32,000 nt of DNA, from positions 2,460,001 through 2,492,000 of the forward strand of contig NC_010628.1 of assembly GCF_000020025.1 (NCBI RefSeq), in the 5' to 3' direction. The translations under genes were made by a program, and so were the position numbers. Below the pieces are notes generated by a model. That model saw nothing but the letters and a program-made list of their open reading frames with translations, did no database searches and was not told the origin of the DNA. This stretch comes from Nostoc punctiforme PCC 73102. GTDB lineage: Bacteria; Cyanobacteriota; Cyanobacteriia; Cyanobacteriales; Nostocaceae. The first letter of the stretch is position 1. Every line of letters starts with the position of its first letter. Shown here in pieces: positions 27,196 through 32,000 of this stretch.

Positions 27196-27414
27196 CAAAG
27201 TTAGCTTGGCAGACTACTAGGGCGTGTCATCAAATAGATATCAATCTAATTTAAAATTGATAGCCAAGCGCGAGTTGAGGAATGAGGAGGAGTGGTAAAA
27301 TGACGCGCCGCTATGGGTTGCGAGATGATCGGTGGGAACGCATCAAAGACAGACTTACTACCAGTGCGAAAAGAGACTGTGGGAGTGACAGCTAAAGATA
27401 ATCGATTGTTTATT

Positions 27415-28417
27415 AGACTTGTCGGGAAATAAGAGAGAATAGACAGCAGTGGTAGGGAAGAATGATGCTGAATATTGAAGGTGCGCTGAAGCAAGACCGA
27501 CTGTTGAGGGCATTAACTGGGTTGAACCGGAAAGCATTTGATGCCCTTTTGCCCACGTTTACCACGATGTACCTAGATACTCAACAGGCCAAGCCTCGTC
27601 AACGTGGCCTGGGTGGAGGACGCAAAGCCCGCTTACTTACAGCCCAAGACAAATTGTTTTTCATCCTTTTCTATTTCAAATGTTATCCGACCTTTGATGT
27701 GGCGGGACTGCTCTTTGATATGCATCGCTCCCAGGCACATGAGTGGATGCATCGATTGCAGCCAATATTAGAAGCGGCTTTGGGACAGAAGATGGCGCTG
27801 CCGGAACGCCATCTCGAAAGCATTGAAGCATTTTTGTCACGCTTTCCAGGAGTGCAACGAGTGATGATTGATGGGACAGAACGCCCAATTGCGCGACCTC
27901 AAGAAAGAGAACAACAACAACAGAATTACTCCGGTAAAAAGAAACGTCATACGCGTAAACACTTGGCGGCAGTTGATGAAACCAAACGGGTCTTGATCTT
28001 AAGCAAAGCACGAGAAGGCAAACTGCATGACAAACGTTTTCATGACGAAGATGACATTGCAGGTAGTGTGCCTGATGAAATTCCGATTGAAGTAGACTCG
28101 GGCTTTCAGGGATTACAGAAGCAGTATGACAATCTCCATCTTCCTCACAAAAAGCCCAAAGGGGGCAAGTTAAGTGACCTTCAAAAAACGGAGAATCGTC
28201 AATTGAGTCAATCCCGTGTAGTTTGCGAAAATGCCTTTGCTGGTGTGAAGCGCTACAACGCCGCCAGTGTCATTTATCGTAATCGGATTGAAAACTTTGA
28301 TGACCATTTGATGCTGACCGCAGCAGGATTATGGAACTTCTACTTGATGGCTGCTTAAGAGAATCCCAATTACAAGACCAGCATTGCCTCACTTATCTTT
28401 TATTTCCCGACAACTCT
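27415..28417 (+). mobile_element. IS5-superfamily (DDE_Tnp_4, PIF/Harbinger-like) insertion sequence, 1003 bp, apparently intact
   Basis: TIRs AGACTTGTCGGGAAATAAGAG and rc AGAGTTGTCGGGAAATAAAAG. The flanking ATT (27412-14 and 28418-20) is consistent with a 3-bp target duplication. Removing the element rejoins the host orfA in frame. Confidence 0.8.
27462..28358 (+). CDS. DDE_Tnp_4-type transposase (IS5 superfamily)
   Basis: N-terminal HTH-like region. Catalytic-type motifs MIDGTERPI, VDSGFQGL and VVCENAFAGVKRY, typical of DDE_Tnp_4/Harbinger-like transposases. Confidence 0.85.
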   Translation: MMLNIEGALKQDRLLRALTGLNRKAFDALLPTFTTMYLDTQQAKPRQRGLGGGRKARLLTAQDKLFFILFYFKCYPTFDVAGLLFDMHRSQAHEWMHRLQPILEAALGQKMALPERHLESIEAFLSRFPGVQRVMIDGTERPIARPQEREQQQQNYSGKKKRHTRKHLAAVDETKRVLILSKAREGKLHDKRFHDEDDIAGSVPDEIPIEVDSGFQGLQKQYDNLHLPHKKPKGGKLSDLQKTENRQLSQSRVVCENAFAGVKRYNAASVIYRNRIENFDDHLMLTAAGLWNFYLMAA

Positions 28418-28461
28418 ATTGAAGCTGTGTTGTATCGCTACAGAGCAGGTATTCCGTGGCG

Positions 28462-28690
28462 AGACTTATGGGTTTTATCACCATGAGATTTAGCAAAAGC
28501 CCGAAATTGCTCCCAGTCTGTAATTTTGTGGTTGTTGCCAGAGGGGCGGTTGGGCAACGGCAGAACGTTTCCGGTTTCAGCTTTACACTGCAACCACAGG
28601 TTAATCGTGTTTCGGCTGATGTTGAATTACCTGTGAAAGCTTGGCACTTCTGCTGCGCTCTCTCTAACTACGAACTTTCTTCAGTTACCA
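28462..28690 (-). pseudogene. Fragment of a different IS630-family transposase N-terminus
   Basis: The minus strand reads RKFVVRESAAEVPSFHR* / FNISRNTINLWLQCKAETGNVLPLPNRPSGNNHKITDWEQFRAFAKSHGDKT. This resembles the HTH orfA region of cyanobacterial IS630 elements. It has an internal stop and is truncated at both ends. Confidence 0.55.
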
Positions 28691-28935
28691 GATCGCTGCG
28701 ATCTGGTAATTGCTCACTATCCCCTGAGTATGAAATTTCCACTAAATCAGTAGCAGTGGGTAATTGATCGGTGGTAGACGTTAGTGGTGAGTCTGTTATC
28801 TCCACTAACGAAAAGCTAACTGATAATGGATCGCTGTCCGGCAGAGCAAATATTGCTTCACACGTTGAGATGTATTGTGTTTTCTTCTACGATCGCCTCA
28901 TGGTCGATTACAATGATGTAGTGATTGACCATCTT

Positions 28936-31452
28936 TTAACCTTGAAACACAACAAATCCGTTTGCTGGAACTATGGGATTAATATATCCGTTAGTTGCAG
29001 ATATATTAATCCCATAGTTGCCTATACTATCTCCTCCGTAAAGTGAAGCATCACTATTAAATATCTCGCGCCACTGACCATCTCCGATTCGGGAATTGTT
29101 TATAGTGTATCCTGAACGGAATGGGTGATTATTCAAACTGGCTACAATCAAAAATTCTCCACTTACATCCCAACGTTTGAAAGCAATAACTCGGTTGGCA
29201 TTGTGGACATAGAGAATATCAATCAAGTGCGATCGCAGTCCTGAATAGTTGTGCCGCAACTGAATCAGGTCTTGGTAAAATCGGAACAATCTCTGACCAT
29301 TAGTTTGGCGATCGCCTATCAAATCCTCTCGATTATCTATAAAATCGCTGTATCTGTAAGGTTTTTGTGCGCCAATTTCCTCACCCATCAAAAACATTGG
29401 CGTACCAGCCGACAAAATAGACACACCAACAGCAAAGCGGCAACGTGCTTCGGCATACCTTCGGGTTTCCCCAATCAAGGGCGCGGAGTTGACAGCCTCT
29501 GCAATCGTGCGCCTAGACTCAACTCTATGGCCTCCTTCTTCAAAATAAGCATTACCTGCTTCATCATGAGATTCATGATAAACAACCTTGTGATGACCAG
29601 ACCATCCCAATGCTCCAGCAAAGTAATCCATCGCTAGGGGTTCATTTGTACCGTATCCAGCAGTAGGAATTAATTTGGCATATTCCGTTCCTTGTCTAGC
29701 ATCACCAATTAAATGGTGATAGAAGTTGGCATACCAAGCTGCATCAAAGCCCAAACCGCCAACATCAGGTGATTCAGTCACTGGCTCCCAATCAGAATGA
29801 TCCTCGGCTATGAGAATGGCATTCGGTTGGATTAGCTTCATTGTCCTTGTCCATTCTCTGAGGAATTTAGCACCAAAAATATTGGCATTACCCATAGGTC
29901 TACCATCAAGGTGCAATGCGTTGTACGAATGTATTGAAGTTGTTTGGTCAACCCGGAACCCATCTACATGAAATTCCTCCATTAAAGTGACTGCACTGCT
30001 AATGAACATCTTTCGTACCATTTCTTCATAAAACCGAGGTGCAAAACCTGTAGACACGTTATCAAGATAGCCACCTTCTGGAAAACGTCTGCCGTCTGGG
30101 TAGAAATAATCGCCTGAGTTCCCCTCATACCAGTAATAGATATTGTGTTCGGGAAGATCCGAGTCATAAGCCCATTCCGCCCGTTCTCCATCGGGATTGA
30201 AGTGGTTGTACACCACATCTAAAATCACGGCAATTCCATAACAATGGCACTCTCTAATAAAATGCTTCAGTTGGTCTCTGCCGCCAGCACTGTATTCGAG
30301 AGCGAAGTAGTGAGATGTTTCATAGCCCCAATTTACTTCGTCTCTAAATTCTGACATCGGTAAGAGTTCAACCGCGTTAACCCCCAATTGTACTAAGTAG
30401 GGGAGTAAAGCGATCGCATCCTCAAAGTTTCCTGGTCTATTTTGACCATATCCTAAAGCCCCTACGTGGAGTTCATAAATTACTAGATCCTCGACACGCT
30501 GAGGAACAGGACGTTCTAGTGAAAATTCATTACTCCAGAACTCCTCCTCTGGAATAAATTCTAGTTCTGGCCAGACTGGTTCTTGAAAATGTCTAGTTAC
30601 TGTATCCGGATTTATGACTACAGAACAGCTTTTAGTCCCATCCAAATCTTGATAATTTCCTGAAAAAGGTCTGTCCTGTGTATCGCTATATCTATTAGAA
30701 AAAGGTTTACCGTCAGGATTGATGTTACCTTTACCAATTTGACAGCGAGAATATAAATCAGTGCGATAAACTACCCTTCCCCCTTCATTGACAATTCTAA
30801 ACATATAAGGAATATGGTCAAAGCGGGAGAAATCAGCAAGTTCTGATGATACTGTGACATCTGTTTGCCAAATACCCTCCTCTGTCCTGGACATGGGAAA
30901 CGGCCCAAGGTTGGGATCCATACCAAAATCAGGATCTTCTCGAAAAACATCGTCGGCAATATAGCCACTGCTGCGGTTGCCAAACACAACTTCTACATTC
31001 CGAGCATTTGGTGCCCAGACAGCAAACCGTAACCCAGGCTGAGATTGACCAGGAAAATGATATAGTTGCGCGCCTAGTCTACGACTATAAACTAGATAAT
31101 ATCTTTCTTGCTGAGGCTGATTGTTGTTAGGCGATTGTAACGTAAAACTACGATAGCGATCGCTAGAATTGCGATCGTTAATCTCAGTCGGAATTCCCCA
31201 CAAATTATTTCCGGCTGGACTATCTAGCATCACACCCCAGCGGAATAACCAACCAATTTGGGAATCATCCAGTTCAACCGTAGTTTGAAAGCCAGGACAG
31301 CCATCTTCAGCAATGATTGGCTGCATTTGCTGCGATCGCCATTGTTGAGAATAGCGACCGTTTTCATCCCAACTGCCAATTAAGCGGGGGTTGTTAAAAA
31401 TTGCTCTTCTAAAACCTGTGAAATAGGTAAACTGAACAGTAACTGTAGCCAT
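28936..31452 (-). CDS. GH13 alpha-amylase-family glucan enzyme with N-terminal CBM48/E-set domains (branching- or debranching-enzyme-like)
   Basis: GH13 conserved regions DVVYNHF, GFRVDQ, LIAEDH and YHESHDE. LRFAVWAPNARNVEVVF is typical of the CBM48 module. Confidence 0.9.
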   Translation of the reverse strand: MATVTVQFTYFTGFRRAIFNNPRLIGSWDENGRYSQQWRSQQMQPIIAEDGCPGFQTTVELDDSQIGWLFRWGVMLDSPAGNNLWGIPTEINDRNSSDRYRSFTLQSPNNNQPQQERYYLVYSRRLGAQLYHFPGQSQPGLRFAVWAPNARNVEVVFGNRSSGYIADDVFREDPDFGMDPNLGPFPMSRTEEGIWQTDVTVSSELADFSRFDHIPYMFRIVNEGGRVVYRTDLYSRCQIGKGNINPDGKPFSNRYSDTQDRPFSGNYQDLDGTKSCSVVINPDTVTRHFQEPVWPELEFIPEEEFWSNEFSLERPVPQRVEDLVIYELHVGALGYGQNRPGNFEDAIALLPYLVQLGVNAVELLPMSEFRDEVNWGYETSHYFALEYSAGGRDQLKHFIRECHCYGIAVILDVVYNHFNPDGERAEWAYDSDLPEHNIYYWYEGNSGDYFYPDGRRFPEGGYLDNVSTGFAPRFYEEMVRKMFISSAVTLMEEFHVDGFRVDQTTSIHSYNALHLDGRPMGNANIFGAKFLREWTRTMKLIQPNAILIAEDHSDWEPVTESPDVGGLGFDAAWYANFYHHLIGDARQGTEYAKLIPTAGYGTNEPLAMDYFAGALGWSGHHKVVYHESHDEAGNAYFEEGGHRVESRRTIAEAVNSAPLIGETRRYAEARCRFAVGVSILSAGTPMFLMGEEIGAQKPYRYSDFIDNREDLIGDRQTNGQRLFRFYQDLIQLRHNYSGLRSHLIDILYVHNANRVIAFKRWDVSGEFLIVASLNNHPFRSGYTINNSRIGDGQWREIFNSDASLYGGDSIGNYGINISATNGYINPIVPANGFVVFQG

Positions 31453-31514
31453 AATGGCATCCTTGAGGTAATTAGGTTATAGTTTTCAGATTTGTCACCA
31501 TCACTTTTTGCAAG

Positions 31515-32000
31515 TTACGCAACATGTATAGGCTGAGTTTTCTGACCTGTTAAATCTGTCTCTAAGGGCGGTGGATTATCTTGATCAACAAAGCCTTGGC
31601 TAATTTCCACAATTCTGTCGTCTGGGTCAGCAATCCAAACCGAACGCCATCCAGGGATATAGTCATCAAAATTAAGGGGTCCCAAGGTGATTTTTGCATC
31701 ATTGCCCATCTCTGCCAGCTTAGTTGCAATATCATCGACTTGAAAAGCAAAATGACGCCATGTAGGGTATTGTGGACCATCCCTATCAGATGGTGAAACA
31801 GGAGATTCTCCTTGTGCCTGAAAAATCTCAAGATACATTTCACCCAATTTAATAAAAATTATTTGCTGGTCGCCAACTGGTACGACACGCGATCGCACAA
31901 AGCCGAAATATTTAGCATAAAACTTTTCTGTGGCGATCGGGTCTTTACAGTTGATTGCCATGTGAGAAAATCTGAGCAAACCCATTATTGCTTCCCCCAT
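31515..32000 (-). CDS. VOC-family (glyoxalase / bleomycin resistance / dioxygenase) protein
   Basis: FSHMAINCKDPIATEKFYAKYFGF...HFAFQVDDI...IADPDDRIVEI is the paired beta-alpha-beta-beta-beta VOC pattern. The start lies at the window edge (32000) or at the Met at 31985. Confidence 0.8.
   Translation of the reverse strand: MGEAIMGLLRFSHMAINCKDPIATEKFYAKYFGFVRSRVVPVGDQQIIFIKLGEMYLEIFQAQGESPVSPSDRDGPQYPTWRHFAFQVDDIATKLAEMGNDAKITLGPLNFDDYIPGWRSVWIADPDDRIVEISQGFVDQDNPPPLETDLTGQKTQPIHVA

Larger units (their letters stand above)
25959..27217 (+). mobile_element. IS630-family insertion sequence, copy B (1259 bp), inverted relative to copy A, flanked by a TA duplication
   Basis: TIRs GTAGTCTACCAAGGTAACTTTGCTA and rc GTAGTCTGCCAAGCTAACTTTGCTA. 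TA at 25957-58 and 27218-19. All three ORF segments are identical to copy A except one Phe/Ser change. Confidence 0.9.
27220..28461 (+). mobile_element. IS5-family (DUF4096-type orfA) element remnant: frameshifted, split by another IS, and 3-prime truncated
   Basis: ATG at 27300 gives MTRRYGLRDDRWERIKDRL, then after a 1-nt frameshift LPVRKETVGVTAKDNRLFI. It resumes after the 1003-bp insert at 28418 with (I)EAVLYRYRAGIPWRDL, and the homology stops at about 28461. Confidence 0.7.

Noticed and set aside
21872-27217. Composite transposon: two IS630 copies mobilising the DyP cassette as a unit
   Set aside because: Each copy has its own TA duplication. Both flanks of copy A are halves of the same IS1 reading frame. 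So copy A inserted on its own into the IS1, not as the end of a larger unit.
28456-29046. 103-aa and 91-aa plus-strand ORFs
   Set aside because: The first is antisense to the IS630-like fragment. The second overlaps the 3-prime end of the GH13 gene. Neither has motifs.

Overview
The window looks like a chromosomal segment of a filamentous, Nostocales-like cyanobacterium. Evidence: many HIP1 octamers (GCGATCGC), an STRR-type heptamer array, small palindromic dispersed repeats, and a PEP-CTERM protein. All calls come from reading the sequence and the ORF track; no database search was run.

There are three parts.

(1) 1-10.9 kb holds ordinary genes at lower G+C: a partial Dus, an RHH-TOBE protein, a CBS-pair protein whose C-terminus carries an RNxxAH HEPN-type motif, an ARD-like cupin, CPD photolyase, a polytopic membrane protein, an MFS exporter and a PEP-CTERM protein. 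It ends in a 1.4-kb A+T-rich stretch with no ORF of 60 aa or more.

(2) 10.9-20.8 kb is a G+C-richer block: an RND pump plus adaptor, a 1080-aa multi-PAS hybrid histidine kinase, a Crp/Fnr regulator and a small PAS protein.

(3) 20.9-28.7 kb is an insertion-sequence graveyard. It contains:
- an IS4-like fragment;
- a decayed IS1-like element split by an IS630-family element (copy A);
- a clearly G+C-rich foreign cassette carrying a 5-prime-truncated DyP-type peroxidase and a co-oriented 338-aa protein I cannot assign to any family;
- a second, inverted, near-identical IS630 copy (B);
- an IS5-family (DUF4096-type) remnant split by an intact-looking DDE_Tnp_4 IS;
- another IS630-like fragment.

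A GH13 glucan enzyme and a VOC-family protein close the window.

The observations most worth follow-up are:
- the foreign DyP plus unknown-gene cassette;
- the CBS-HEPN fusion;
- two recoding-type features shared by both IS630 copies: an A8 slippery run needing a -1 shift, and a 56-nt structured insert placed just before the catalytic-Glu motif.

No rRNA, tRNA or CRISPR array was seen. I cannot show that any of this is a truly undescribed system without homology and structure searches.
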